From contig DMXL01000004.1 in assembly GCA_003483925.1 (NCBI GenBank), forward strand, positions 8,242 to 72,241: a DNA stretch of 64,000 nt, read 5' to 3'. This stretch comes from Candidatus Peribacteria bacterium (GTDB lineage Bacteria; Patescibacteriota; Gracilibacteria; Peribacterales; Peribacteraceae). A model generated the notes under the pieces. It searched no databases, was not told the origin of the DNA, and saw only the letters and a program-made list of their open reading frames with translations. Below are positions 1 through 9,053 of this stretch, piece by piece. The stretch's first letter is position 1; every line of letters starts with the position of its first letter. Position numbers and translations under genes: made by a program.

Positions 1-1
1 C

Positions 2-1492
2 GACATCGTCATCGTCGCCACGGGCAGCCTCACTTCCACAGGCAGAGATCCCGGGGAGGCGCACCGCGCCGCCATCGATTTTCGCACGGGCATCCGCGAG
101 CTTGCTCCTTCGGATGTCGCCCACTTCGATTTGCTCTGTGAAGTGAAGGGGCTCACGACGGATGCGCAGAGAAGTGAGCTCTTCCGGTGCCTCTGGGGGG
201 ACAAGTGCGGAGTCGGGGGCGTCATCCCTGCGGAGTACTTCCCGGCGAGCGAGAGTGGTTTCTATCCCCGGACGTTCCACAAGAAGGGGGAGTCCATCGT
301 GGGCATCCCCGTCACGCAGGCTTTTGTCGCCTTCGCCCAAGTGCGCGAGAAGCTTGCCTCACTCTTCTCGGATGGCGGGCGGGTGCGCAGCGATCTTGCG
401 CCCGAGACGATGATCGATATCGCCAACGGCGCGGGATCGTCGGTGGAGATGGTCGAGCAGGCGCTCATGGATCTCTTCCGGGCGAAAGTCGATGAGAGGA
501 TCGGCATCGGCTACGGCCGCGGGAAATGGCTGCTGGGGATGCTGGGGAGCATGATCGCCGGGCACATTGCTTCGCAGGCGGGGGTGAAAGGCCCACAGAG
601 CAGCTCCAATTCGGCCTGTGCCTCCTCGGGGCTCTCAATGTTCAACGCGTGGAACGCCATCCGCGCGGGGAACGCGGAGATCGGCATCGTCGGAGGCAGC
701 GAGTGCGCCACGGGCGCGATCACCACGTACGTCGCCTTCGATCACATAATGCTCAGGCGCGGCGCCCTCACGCGGGAGTGGCGGGGCAACCGTCCTCCGG
801 GAGAGGCATTGCTCGCCTTCGATAAGCTGCGGGACGGTTTCGTCCCGGGGGATGCCGCCGCGCTCATCGTGATGATGCGCCGCAGGATCGCCGACCTTCT
901 GCAGATCGAACCGCTCGCGCGCGTGCTCGGCGTCGCCGCCAATACCTGCCAGTCGGAGAAGTACGGCAAGAGCCTCGCGGACGGAACCGTCACGGGGCAG
1001 GCGGCGCTCCTCGAGAGACTCTTCGCCAAATCCGGGATTGATCTCAAGCATCTCCCCGGCAAGCTCATACACTTCCTCCATGGGACGGGGACGCAGGCGG
1101 GAGGCATCAACGAGATCTACGCGGCTGCGAAGGTGCTCGGAGATATCGCGCGCGATGGGCGGTACAGAGCCACGGGGACGAAGGAGCGTGACGGGCATAC
1201 GCTCGGCGCGGCGTTCGCCGCGAACGTCACTGCGGGGGTGGAGGCGATGCGTCACGGCATCGCCCCTGGATTCCCCTCGACGCGCCACGTGGATCCGAAA
1301 CTGCGCGTCGTGGATCCGGAGGTCGTGGGCAAGGAAGGGATTGTGATCGATCCTGCAGCACTCAATGCCGTGGCGGATTCGGTTCTGTGCCGTCGCCACG
1401 CGCCCTTCGATCCGCATGATGACCTCGTGATCGCGGATGCCAAAGGGTTCGGCGGGACGAACGCGGCGGCGCTCCTGGAATCGGAGAGGTAA
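2..1492 (+). CDS. beta-ketoacyl synthase family protein (5' end runs off the window)
   Basis: The frame is open from nt 2. Active-site Cys in NSACASSGLS, His blocks HGTGTQAGG and GHTLGAA, and C-terminal KGFGGTNAAALLE are typical of KAS II / PKS-type ketosynthases. Confidence 0.8.
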   Translation, partial: DIVIVATGSLTSTGRDPGEAHRAAIDFRTGIRELAPSDVAHFDLLCEVKGLTTDAQRSELFRCLWGDKCGVGGVIPAEYFPASESGFYPRTFHKKGESIVGIPVTQAFVAFAQVREKLASLFSDGGRVRSDLAPETMIDIANGAGSSVEMVEQALMDLFRAKVDERIGIGYGRGKWLLGMLGSMIAGHIASQAGVKGPQSSSNSACASSGLSMFNAWNAIRAGNAEIGIVGGSECATGAITTYVAFDHIMLRRGALTREWRGNRPPGEALLAFDKLRDGFVPGDAAALIVMMRRRIADLLQIEPLARVLGVAANTCQSEKYGKSLADGTVTGQAALLERLFAKSGIDLKHLPGKLIHFLHGTGTQAGGINEIYAAAKVLGDIARDGRYRATGTKERDGHTLGAAFAANVTAGVEAMRHGIAPGFPSTRHVDPKLRVVDPEVVGKEGIVIDPAALNAVADSVLCRRHAPFDPHDDLVIADAKGFGGTNAAALLESER

Positions 1493-1646
1493 ATCACTTT
1501 CGGTAAGGAATTGCCGTGTCGCCGGAGGAAAAACTGTCCCCTATACGCTTTACACATCGGCCATAAGAATGAAGAATATCCCTTCCTATTTGGCAAATCT
1601 CGCTGAATAGGATCGGTCTTTCACAGCACGATTGACGAATGTATTT

Positions 1647-1726
1647 CGACATTGGCGGGATGGGTATTACTAGAGAGTATCTCCCCCGCCAATGTCGGAA
1701 CGGTGTCCCCCGCGCGTGCGGGGGAC
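1647..1726 (+). promoter_or_regulatory. Twin hairpins in the leader of the next gene (operator or leader-RNA structure, function unknown)
   Basis: Perfect 13-bp inverted repeat CGACATTGGCGGG (1647-1659) / CCCGCCAATGTCG (1685-1697). It is followed by the 9-bp GC stem GTCCCCCGC-gcgt-GCGGGGGAC (1705-1726), 38 nt before the ATG at 1764. Confidence 0.3.
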
Positions 1727-1763
1727 CGACTCTTGTTCGAACTCAAATTTGGGAGGATGTTCC

Positions 1764-3056
1764 ATGTCACGCATTCGCTTTCCCGCACGATGGGAAGACA
1801 TTCGCATGCAGGCAACCCATGTCGGCAGACAGGTCGATGCACTGCTGGACGCGTTCGGCGGCGTGTTGCCCTTGGGCCCGGCATGGGTGCACCGTGAGTT
1901 CTGCCAGGCAGGCATGGACTTGCGGCTGCATCCGCACCAGTACATGCCGTTCGGACCCCGTAAAGAGGTCGACGAACGGTGGTTTGCGAGCACTATCGGC
2001 GCCAAGAATACGTTCCGTGTCCCGAACGAGGGGTTGAGCTGGATGTTCAGCACTTCGGGCAGGTCGCGGTTCACGCTTGCGGCTGCCGTGGAGGAGCGCG
2101 GGAACGTGCTGGTCGGCGGGACGATGTACGGGAAGTACAGGCACTGGCCCGTGTATAGCAAGTACTTCAACAACCGGCAGCCCCTCCCGCACCACATGCA
2201 CGGGGATGACGCGCAGGCCGCACTCGTCGGACTGCCCGGCAAGCCCGAATCGTACTATTGGCCGCCTGAGTACAACATGCACCGGTCGGCCGACGACGGC
2301 ACGATGATCGGACTGCGTCCGGGTACGACCAGGGAGCAGCTTCGCAATTGCCTCCTGCACTGGGGGACGCGCGGTCACGACATCCGGTTCCTCACGATGA
2401 AGTACGCCATGAAGGTCGGTAGGGGCTGGCGCATGCCCGCCCGCCGGCTGCATGCCCCGGCGGCGCTCTGCACCTACGAGCCGCAGTGGCGCAGCGACGT
2501 CTTCAACATGTTTCAAGGGAAGACGGAAGACGGCTGGCTGGATCGCAGTGTGTTGCTGTTTAAGGACGTCCCGCAGCAGGTCAGCAGAGACCAGAATGTC
2601 GACCACATGGTCGAGATGATCGACTGGCCGGGCAACCTGGCTGACCAGTCGGGCAATCAGATCCTGCCGATCTTCGACGAATCGCGCAGCGGGATCGGCG
2701 TGACGGACATGTGGGTTGTGTACGGCACGTTCCAGAAAGGCGGCGAGGAGAAGGAGCTCTTCAGCGCCAAGCGGCTCGATATCGACCCCGGCGCGGAGAC
2801 GACGCTCCGTGATCCGGGTGCCAGCGGCATGCAAGTGCTCGCGGGCTCCGGAGTCATCGGCAAGTACGAGGTGCAGGCTCCGTACATGCTGCGGGATATC
2901 TACGACGTCCCGCGGGATGAGTGTTTCATTCCGTACGTGACGGCCACCAGCGGCCTCAAGATCCGCAATACCGGCCTCGTTCCTCTCACTCTCCTCCGGT
3001 ACTTCGGTCCGGACGTGTGGGGGAACGACATGCCGCGGCTGCAGAATGCCGTCTGA
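1764..3056 (+). CDS. Cupin-type sugar isomerase-like protein (class I mannose-6-phosphate isomerase-like), function tentative
   Basis: GGGAGG lies 7 nt upstream of the ATG at 1764. The blocks KYFNNRQPLPHHMHGDD, GKPESYYWP and RRLHAPAALCTYEPQWRSD resemble the metal-binding blocks of PMI-type cupins. The assignment is from memory only. Confidence 0.55.
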   Translation: MSRIRFPARWEDIRMQATHVGRQVDALLDAFGGVLPLGPAWVHREFCQAGMDLRLHPHQYMPFGPRKEVDERWFASTIGAKNTFRVPNEGLSWMFSTSGRSRFTLAAAVEERGNVLVGGTMYGKYRHWPVYSKYFNNRQPLPHHMHGDDAQAALVGLPGKPESYYWPPEYNMHRSADDGTMIGLRPGTTREQLRNCLLHWGTRGHDIRFLTMKYAMKVGRGWRMPARRLHAPAALCTYEPQWRSDVFNMFQGKTEDGWLDRSVLLFKDVPQQVSRDQNVDHMVEMIDWPGNLADQSGNQILPIFDESRSGIGVTDMWVVYGTFQKGGEEKELFSAKRLDIDPGAETTLRDPGASGMQVLAGSGVIGKYEVQAPYMLRDIYDVPRDECFIPYVTATSGLKIRNTGLVPLTLLRYFGPDVWGNDMPRLQNAV

Positions 3057-3134
3057 TCGTCAGCTCGATCGTCAATCGTGGAATGAAGCGTGAGTTGTCC
3101 ATGCATGGACTCACGCTGCACGCGAAAGACCCCA

Positions 3135-3176
3135 AAGAACCCAGCAATCTCGACATTGGCGCTGGGTTCTTTTCTT
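3135..3176. terminator. Hairpin between convergent genes, probable bidirectional terminator
   Basis: AAGAACCCAGC (3135-3145) pairs with GCTGGGTTCTT (3161-3171). It is followed by TTTCTT on the + strand and by TTTGGGG on the - strand. Confidence 0.55.
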
Positions 3177-3221
3177 GTGAGTTACACGAAGTAACTGTTT
3201 TTCTCATCTCCGAAAATCATC

Positions 3222-3674
3222 TTACGGAGCTTCCGTATTTCCCGCGTTCGGATTCGGATCGGAGGGGTCCGGGCAGTCGCCGTCGAGGTTCGCCTGCGCA
3301 TTGCAGAGCGTGCCGTCGACGCGCTTGCACATCGGGGTTGCCGTTCCGACTCCTTCCACCTGTCCGCCGGTGATGGCGCAGAAGATCTCCGCGTCATTCT
3401 CATATCCGGTGACTTTCACTCCGCCGGCCGGACAATTGCCGCGTAGAAGCGCCCACTCTTCGCATTGCCGGTTGTCTTCGAAGAGACACACCCCGTACTC
3501 GCCGTTCTTATTTGTACGGATTTCCAGCGTGCCGCCCTTTTCGACGCAGTTCACGGAAGCGGGGTTGGCCATCTGCGCATTTGGTTCTTCGCCGGTTTTG
3601 ATTGCGGGAGTGCTCTGGCATCCGGCTAAAGTGAGCATCAAGCCCGCGCCGAGCATCAAGAATGATTTCTTCAT
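3222..3674 (-). CDS. DUF333-family lipoprotein
   Basis: Signal peptide with lipobox LTLAGC. NPASVNCVEKGGTLE...GVCLFEDNRQCEEWALLRGNC matches the DUF333 Cys pattern. Confidence 0.75.
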   Translation of the reverse strand: MKKSFLMLGAGLMLTLAGCQSTPAIKTGEEPNAQMANPASVNCVEKGGTLEIRTNKNGEYGVCLFEDNRQCEEWALLRGNCPAGGVKVTGYENDAEIFCAITGGQVEGVGTATPMCKRVDGTLCNAQANLDGDCPDPSDPNPNAGNTEAP

Positions 3675-3802
3675 GATGGTTATGGAAGAAATAAAAAGCT
3701 CTGATCATGAAGAACCTACCGGAAACAGGGAAAATGAGCAATTTCCTTTGGCGATGGGCGTGGACGGAGGACTCTCGATGGAGTTTCTGCTAGATTCTCT
3801 TT

Positions 3803-4051
3803 ATGCCGTCTGGGAAGAAGAAGCCGACAGAGAAGAAATTGAAACGAGGGGCCATCCCTCATCTCTTTTTGGTTTTGGGATTCTTCGGGGCGGCACTCAC
3901 GACAGAGGTCGTGAACATAATGCATGAATTCACGAAATCCAATGGAGCGGTTATGTATGGGGTCTATTCGATTGTTGTTGTGTTCATAGCATGGCCTTGG
4001 CTCATGATTCAGATCATGAAAGCCATCGAGCATTTGTATAGCGAAAAATGA
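3803..4051 (+). CDS. Small two-TM membrane protein, hypothetical
   Basis: Basic N-terminus followed by two hydrophobic spans. It lies in a low-GC islet. Confidence 0.4.
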   Translation: MPSGKKKPTEKKLKRGAIPHLFLVLGFFGAALTTEVVNIMHEFTKSNGAVMYGVYSIVVVFIAWPWLMIQIMKAIEHLYSEK

Positions 4052-4085
4052 ATTGGAGGAGAAAGGATTCAGCCTCTACATAAGG

Positions 4086-4340
4086 TCATATCCATTCGCC
4101 TCGAATCAGCTTTTCCTTCTTTCCCCTCGACCATCCTTTGATTTGAATCTCCCTCATCCTCGCAGATGATTTGTCAAGAAATGGTTGTGACTTGTATACC
4201 AAAACAAACGGTCCTTGGTTGATCGCGAAATGAGAACCTTCGCCATTATTATGTTCGGTTATTCTTTGCTGAGGATCGGTTGTGATTCCAACGTAATATC
4301 TTCCTGTTCTGGCACGAGCGATGTAGACAAACCATGGCAT
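4086..4340 (-). CDS. GIY-YIG nuclease superfamily protein (about 85 aa)
   Basis: WFVYIARARTGRYYVGITTDPQQRITEHN matches the GIY-YIG N-terminal block. I chose the internal Met (MPWFVYI) as the start, because the ORF upstream of it looks non-coding. Confidence 0.7.
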   Translation of the reverse strand: MPWFVYIARARTGRYYVGITTDPQQRITEHNNGEGSHFAINQGPFVLVYKSQPFLDKSSARMREIQIKGWSRGKKEKLIRGEWI

Positions 4341-4587
4341 GCACCCAATGTATTTGTGTAACGGAACCCAGAGGAGAGTATGGGAGACTATCCGAAACCT
4401 CCGGGCAGTATTTTCCTCTTCCAGAAGGGAAAGATGCCGTTCTGTATTCGGATAGAACAAAGATGTGAATGGCCCTTCGATTCGATTTTGCTTCGCAAAA
4501 TCTCACTCAGGGTCATTCGACTCTGGCAGAGGGGAATGGTTTACCATGAGCGAGGAGTCGTTACCGCAGTAACGACGACGAGTCGAA

Positions 4588-4996
4588 TGGTGGAGATGCC
4601 GGGAATTGAACCCGGGTCCAACGTGTAGACGTCCTGTCCGTAGAGTCATGTCCTTTCCGATTCTCTCCTGACATAAGGAAGGGACAAGGAAAGTCGGGAG
4701 AGTGTTGACGCGAAGTGTCGGATCCGCCGTCGCGTCACGCGGCGGACCAACCTCGCTGATGACGCCTCATCCCTTTAGCGAGGATGGAAGGAGAGACGCG
4801 TTCCCGGATAAAGGGGAACTTAAGCGGCTACGAGCTGCAGGTCGTTCAGCCGAAGCTGTCCGACGATGTTGCGCGCAGTCGCAAGAATAGATGATTTGGC
4901 ATCTATAGAGTGCAGCAGCGGGTGACGGAAGATGCTGCGATCCCGGACTGAGACGAAGAGCGCCTATGAATCACGCTGTCGAAGCCTGTCATCCCC
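4588..4996 (-). ncRNA. ssrA: tmRNA (transfer-messenger RNA)
   Basis: The minus strand starts GGGGATGACAGGCTTCGACAGCG and ends CCGGGTTCAATTCCCGGCATCTCCACCA, a tRNA-Ala-like acceptor/T-arm with encoded CCA. The internal tag frame at 4820-4876 reads ARNIVGQLRLNDLQLVAA-stop. Confidence 0.9.
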
Positions 4997-5108
4997 ATGG
5001 TGTGAAGAAGCAAATGCGAGGAAAACAGTATAGCAGCACGCGCTCGCCGTGCGAGGAAGTTCACAGTCGAATTGAAACATTCCCCCGTGCCGTGCAGAGT
5101 GGTGCCGC

Positions 5109-6359
5109 ATGGACATCGAGACGCCGATCAGCGGGGTGCCGGGGCGCTTGCCGGTTTCCGGACAATTGCACCGCAACGTGAGGCTGCTTACGTGGTTCAA
5201 TTTCTTCCTCGACTTCGTCCCGTACGCCCCCATTGAGATCATTTACTTCAGCGAGATCACGGGATCGTACGCGCTGGGGCTCTCGATCTTCTCCGTTGTG
5301 ACCATCTCGTCGTCGCTCTTCGAAGTGCCGACGGGAATTTTTTCCGATCGGATCGGCAGGAAGAGGACTATGCTGCTCGGCAGCATCTGCAAGATCCTGG
5401 CCGTCGTCTTCTACGCCTTGGGCGGATCATTCCTCGTGCTCGCCATGGGCGCTCTCTGCGAGGGCATCGGCAGGGCATTCTTCAGCGGCAATAACGATGC
5501 GCTGCTCTACGACTCGCTCGCGGATCGCCATCAGGAGAGTCTGTTCCCCACGTACCTGGGGAAAACGAGCTCGATGTTCCAGATGGGCCTCGCATTTGCA
5601 GCGCTTCTCGGCGGGTTCGTCGCATCGTATTCGTTCAAGTGGGTATTCTGGATCGCAGTCATTCCCCAGACGATCTGCGCGGTGATCAGTCTGTTCTTCG
5701 TCGAACCGGAGCGGCACCGGCGGGAGAGCACGAACGTGTTCGCGCATCTTCGGGAAGCTCTCCGGCACTTCGGGGCCAATGGCAAGCTGCGGCTCCTCAC
5801 GATCGTTTCTGCCGTGCGCAACGGCGTGGGGGAAACCATGTGGCAGTTCGAGCCGGTGTTCATCAGTATGTTCTGGCCGACGTGGGCACTCGGCATCGTG
5901 CGGTTTTTCTCGAACATTTTTGCCGCGGGAGGATTCTGGTACGCGGGTGGAATCATCAAACGATTCACGGCTCTGCGCGTTCTCGTGACGAATCTGCTCT
6001 TCAACAGGATCGTGGGCATCGTCGCCTTCGGATTTCCGACGGTACTCTCGCCGGCGCTCCTGACAGTCGCATCCGTCTTCTATGGATTGGGAATGACGGC
6101 GCAGGGTACCCTGCTCCAGAGAGAATTCACCGATCACCAGCGTGCGACGCTGGGGTCGCTCAATGCGTTCATCGGGAGTCTCTTCTTCGCGGTCTTCGCA
6201 TTCCTGTTCGGATTCATCGCCGACCGCATCGGGGCCACGCACTCGTTGCTCTTGGGGGAGTTCATCCTCCTTCCGCTCTTCTGGGTATTCTGGCGTATCT
6301 TCCAGCATGATCGGCGGAGAAAATCAGCGATGACGGGGGTGGGGGATGGAGTGAGATAG
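5109..6359 (+). CDS. MFS transporter
   Basis: About 12 hydrophobic spans. The MFS loop motif is GIFSDRIGRKRTMLLG. Confidence 0.8.
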   Translation: MDIETPISGVPGRLPVSGQLHRNVRLLTWFNFFLDFVPYAPIEIIYFSEITGSYALGLSIFSVVTISSSLFEVPTGIFSDRIGRKRTMLLGSICKILAVVFYALGGSFLVLAMGALCEGIGRAFFSGNNDALLYDSLADRHQESLFPTYLGKTSSMFQMGLAFAALLGGFVASYSFKWVFWIAVIPQTICAVISLFFVEPERHRRESTNVFAHLREALRHFGANGKLRLLTIVSAVRNGVGETMWQFEPVFISMFWPTWALGIVRFFSNIFAAGGFWYAGGIIKRFTALRVLVTNLLFNRIVGIVAFGFPTVLSPALLTVASVFYGLGMTAQGTLLQREFTDHQRATLGSLNAFIGSLFFAVFAFLFGFIADRIGATHSLLLGEFILLPLFWVFWRIFQHDRRRKSAMTGVGDGVR

Positions 6360-6425
6360 TTCGTCGTTTCGCCGCATTCCGGAGCATTGACATGAATTGC
6401 CATTGATCGTAAGATGCCTATTTGA

Positions 6426-7421
6426 ATGGCAACGACATCGGAGCGAGATTTGGGGGGCACAGAGACCGGCCAACCCGTACGGGACCCTCCCGTACCGGAG
6501 GGGGGTTTGTCGAAGCAAGCGGATCAACTGCTCGCGGAGTTTGCGGTTGCCAGCAGGCACTTCGAGGAGGCGCAGCACCTCGCGGGGTTCGCGGACGGCG
6601 TGGCGCAGGAGCTCATCAATCGCTTCAGCGTGCGCCGTCTCGTCGAGACCATCGTTTCCGTGAAGGAGAGGGGCGGCAGGCTTTTCTACGATGTCCTTTG
6701 CACGCTCATTCCCCGCAGAGCCGATCGCGGTGCTCTCTACGATGAGATTCATACGCGCGCTTCCCAAGTGCGCGAGTCGTACGCCGCGGCAGAGCAGGAG
6801 AACGGCGATCATCATACGCATGCCACCCCCAATCCTCATCGGGATGAATGGGAGACCGTACGGGCACAAGTACGCTACGTCGATTTTTGCAAGCGGCGGG
6901 ATGGACGCAGTATGCTCAAGCGGGTGCTCCAGGGGGCGAATGGCGTGGATGAAGCGGGTGTCGTCTGCCATCACTTCTCCACGTTCGCGATGACCGACCC
7001 CGAAGCGCTCATTGCCAGGTTGGAGGGATGCGGAGGGGATCTGCACGCTTACTACGATCGTGAGCTGAAATCTTTTCAGGCGCTCCTCGAGCGTATTCGC
7101 TCGTTCATCGGTACGGTGCAGCAAGATATCGCGCAGGTGCGTATGCGGGTGGCGAAGCAGGTGCCCTTCGTGATCCGCGGAGAGCAGCTCGATCGGGATC
7201 GCTTGCGCATGGAGAATACAATCTTTGAATCATCCCTCGGCCAGCGTGCGCAGGCACAGATGATCGATGTGCTGACAGGTGCCATCCATCAGCTGGAGGG
7301 AGAGGTGGCGGCTGCGGCGATGCGCGATCCCGAAGCGGTGACGTTGCACGGGATCATGGAACGTGTCCAGCGCGCAGTGGGCTTGGTGACGGAGAACGGC
7401 GGACGGACAGAGGAGATCTAG
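6426..7421 (+). CDS. Hypothetical protein
   Basis: The 331-aa ORF has protein-like composition (helical, charged). The overlapping antisense ORF 6324-7124 is Arg/His-rich and shadow-like. No family recognised. Confidence 0.6.
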   Translation: MATTSERDLGGTETGQPVRDPPVPEGGLSKQADQLLAEFAVASRHFEEAQHLAGFADGVAQELINRFSVRRLVETIVSVKERGGRLFYDVLCTLIPRRADRGALYDEIHTRASQVRESYAAAEQENGDHHTHATPNPHRDEWETVRAQVRYVDFCKRRDGRSMLKRVLQGANGVDEAGVVCHHFSTFAMTDPEALIARLEGCGGDLHAYYDRELKSFQALLERIRSFIGTVQQDIAQVRMRVAKQVPFVIRGEQLDRDRLRMENTIFESSLGQRAQAQMIDVLTGAIHQLEGEVAAAAMRDPEAVTLHGIMERVQRAVGLVTENGGRTEEI

Positions 7422-8035
7422 ATCTTCTCCAGCATCAGATTCATCATGGCCGGCGTCACGAGTTCGGCGAGTGGCGGATTGGCGGGGAGGATACCGCGCT
7501 TGACGAGTGCCTTCACGTAGGGCTCGTACCACACGGTCCTCGGACTCATCGGGTCCGTGGCCAGGCCGGCGGCTTTCGCGAGGATCTTGGACGCCTCGGC
7601 GATGTTGATGGGCTGAGAGGGTCGGAACGTGACATCGTCGTAGCCGCTCACGAGCCCCATAATCATCGCGGCGCAGAGAGACGGGCCGTACGTCGCGTCC
7701 TTTGGTACGTCGGTGAAGAGGAGGCGATAGTTGGAGGGGGAGAGTTGGTCGAAGCAATCGGCGGGAATGCCCGTGGGATGGAATTTCGCGACCATGGAGG
7801 CCACGAACTGTGCTCGTGTGACGACTGTTCCGGAGACGATGGTGACCAGCGGGAAGGTGATTCCTTCATCGACGGTCACGTTCTGGAAGACCGGTCGTAT
7901 GCTGTCCTCCGCTTCCGTCGAGAGAGGGCGACCGCTCGGAAGGCCGAACATGGAAGCGGGATATGCGAATGCGGTGTTTGCCGTGAGTAGCAGGACGAGG
8001 GGGGTGGAGAGGAAGGTCGAGAGGGCGCGGGACAT
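7418..8035 (-). CDS. SLH-domain secreted protein
   Basis: Signal peptide MSRALSTFLSTPLVLLLTANTAFA. The SLH block is FTDVPKDATYGPSLCAAMIMGLVSGYDDVTFRPSQPINIAEASKILAKA. Confidence 0.75.
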   Translation of the reverse strand: MSRALSTFLSTPLVLLLTANTAFAYPASMFGLPSGRPLSTEAEDSIRPVFQNVTVDEGITFPLVTIVSGTVVTRAQFVASMVAKFHPTGIPADCFDQLSPSNYRLLFTDVPKDATYGPSLCAAMIMGLVSGYDDVTFRPSQPINIAEASKILAKAAGLATDPMSPRTVWYEPYVKALVKRGILPANPPLAELVTPAMMNLMLEKI

Positions 8036-8200
8036 AATGTGAAAGGGGGAGAAAAGGGACTTAGTTTGGTCTGATTCTGTCAATGTTCGCAAGGACTTCG
8101 TGGGGAGAGTGTGGAGCAAACTTGTGTTCAGGAATTCGGGTGGAGCCCTGAGAGGAGATTAAAAGATTCATTTTGATTTCAAGGATCCCAATATCTCTCA

Positions 8201-8249
8201 CCACCTTTTTCATAACTGAAAAAGGTGGCGCCAAAAAGGTTTCGGCGCT
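8201..8249. repeat. 49-bp double-hairpin element, exact inverted copy of 55602-55650
   Basis: The reverse complement equals AGCGCCGAAACCTTTTTGGCGCCACCTTTTTCAGTTATGAAAAAGGTGG at 55602-55650, 49/49 by eye. It contains a 12-bp stem CCACCTTTTTCA/TGAAAAAGGTGG. Confidence 0.85.
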
Positions 8250-8601
8250 GATGCTCGCCGCCTGTACGACATCGGCTCGTCTCACGTCCCGCCGCAAACT
8301 CCTCGCTCGCTTACGCTCACTCGTCGGACATGCGGCGCTCCCTTAAGGGCGCTCGCCTCGCCCAAGTCGTACGACGGCGGCTCGCAGGGCGCCGATGGGT
8401 ATTTATTGATTGGAAAGAATGCCCACAATGGCCGGGCCTTCCCCTTCACCCCCTCCTTCGTCAGGCTCAGGACAGGCAGTGGCGGCGGAACCCATCCGGC
8501 GTGGTTTCATGAACCGGCGAAGCGCGGCTTTGCCGCGCTGGAGCCGCACCTTAAAGGGAAGGATGGCTCATGGAAGGGAACCGGCAAGGTTCCCTTCCAT
8601 G

Positions 8602-8638
8602 CAAAAAAGCGCCGAACCCGGGTCCGGGGTTCAGCGCT
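8602..8638 (-). terminator. Rho-independent terminator of the 8645-8899 gene
   Basis: The minus strand reads AGCGCTGAACCCCGGACCCGGGTTCGGCGCT followed by TTTTTT. Confidence 0.7.
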
Positions 8639-8644
8639 ATCATG

Positions 8645-8899
8645 TTACTTCTCGGCGAGGAAGTGTGGCTGATTGGAGCGAATGTCCTCGGTCCCGAGGT
8701 ACTTTTTCTTCATACCTTCGGGATCACGGACATCCCGCCAGATCTTCGGGATCCAGTGCCACCAGCCGGTGGCAGTGTCTTCCATCGTGATCTGGACGGG
8801 CTCTTTCTCCACCCAGAGCTGCCACGCTTTCTGGGTGACATGGCCGATGCAGCATCCTGTGAAGATGATGCAGGCCGACAACACGAGGAAACGAATCAC
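8645..8899 (-). CDS. Small putative lipoprotein, hypothetical
   Basis: The N-terminus MIRFLVLSACIIFTGC is lipobox-like. A clean terminator follows immediately downstream. Confidence 0.5.
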   Translation of the reverse strand: MIRFLVLSACIIFTGCCIGHVTQKAWQLWVEKEPVQITMEDTATGWWHWIPKIWRDVRDPEGMKKKYLGTEDIRSNQPHFLAEK

Positions 8900-9053
8900 G
8901 GAAACCTCCTTTCAAAGATAGGGACCCGACAGTGAACAGTGATAAGAAGTAACTTTTGATATTATGACAGAAAACTTTACAAAAGCAATCATTCTCCCAT
9001 GCTCTCCATGAGACGGATTTCTGTGTAGGATAGGGCTGTTCCCCCTTATTCCC

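Noticed and set aside
1705-1726. The palindrome GTCCCCCGCGCGTGCGGGGGAC resembles a type I CRISPR repeat.
   Set aside because: It is a single copy, with no regularly spaced repeats or cas genes anywhere in the window.
4702-5242. Small ORFs (62-92 aa) overlapping the tmRNA gene.
   Set aside because: They lie within or across a confidently identified ssrA RNA gene and have no coding features.
6324-7124. 266-aa minus-strand ORF overlapping the 6426-7421 plus-strand ORF.
   Set aside because: The plus-strand product has a balanced, helical, protein-like composition and runs cleanly to the next gene. The minus-strand product is Arg/His/Pro-rich and shadow-like. This is a composition-based judgement only.
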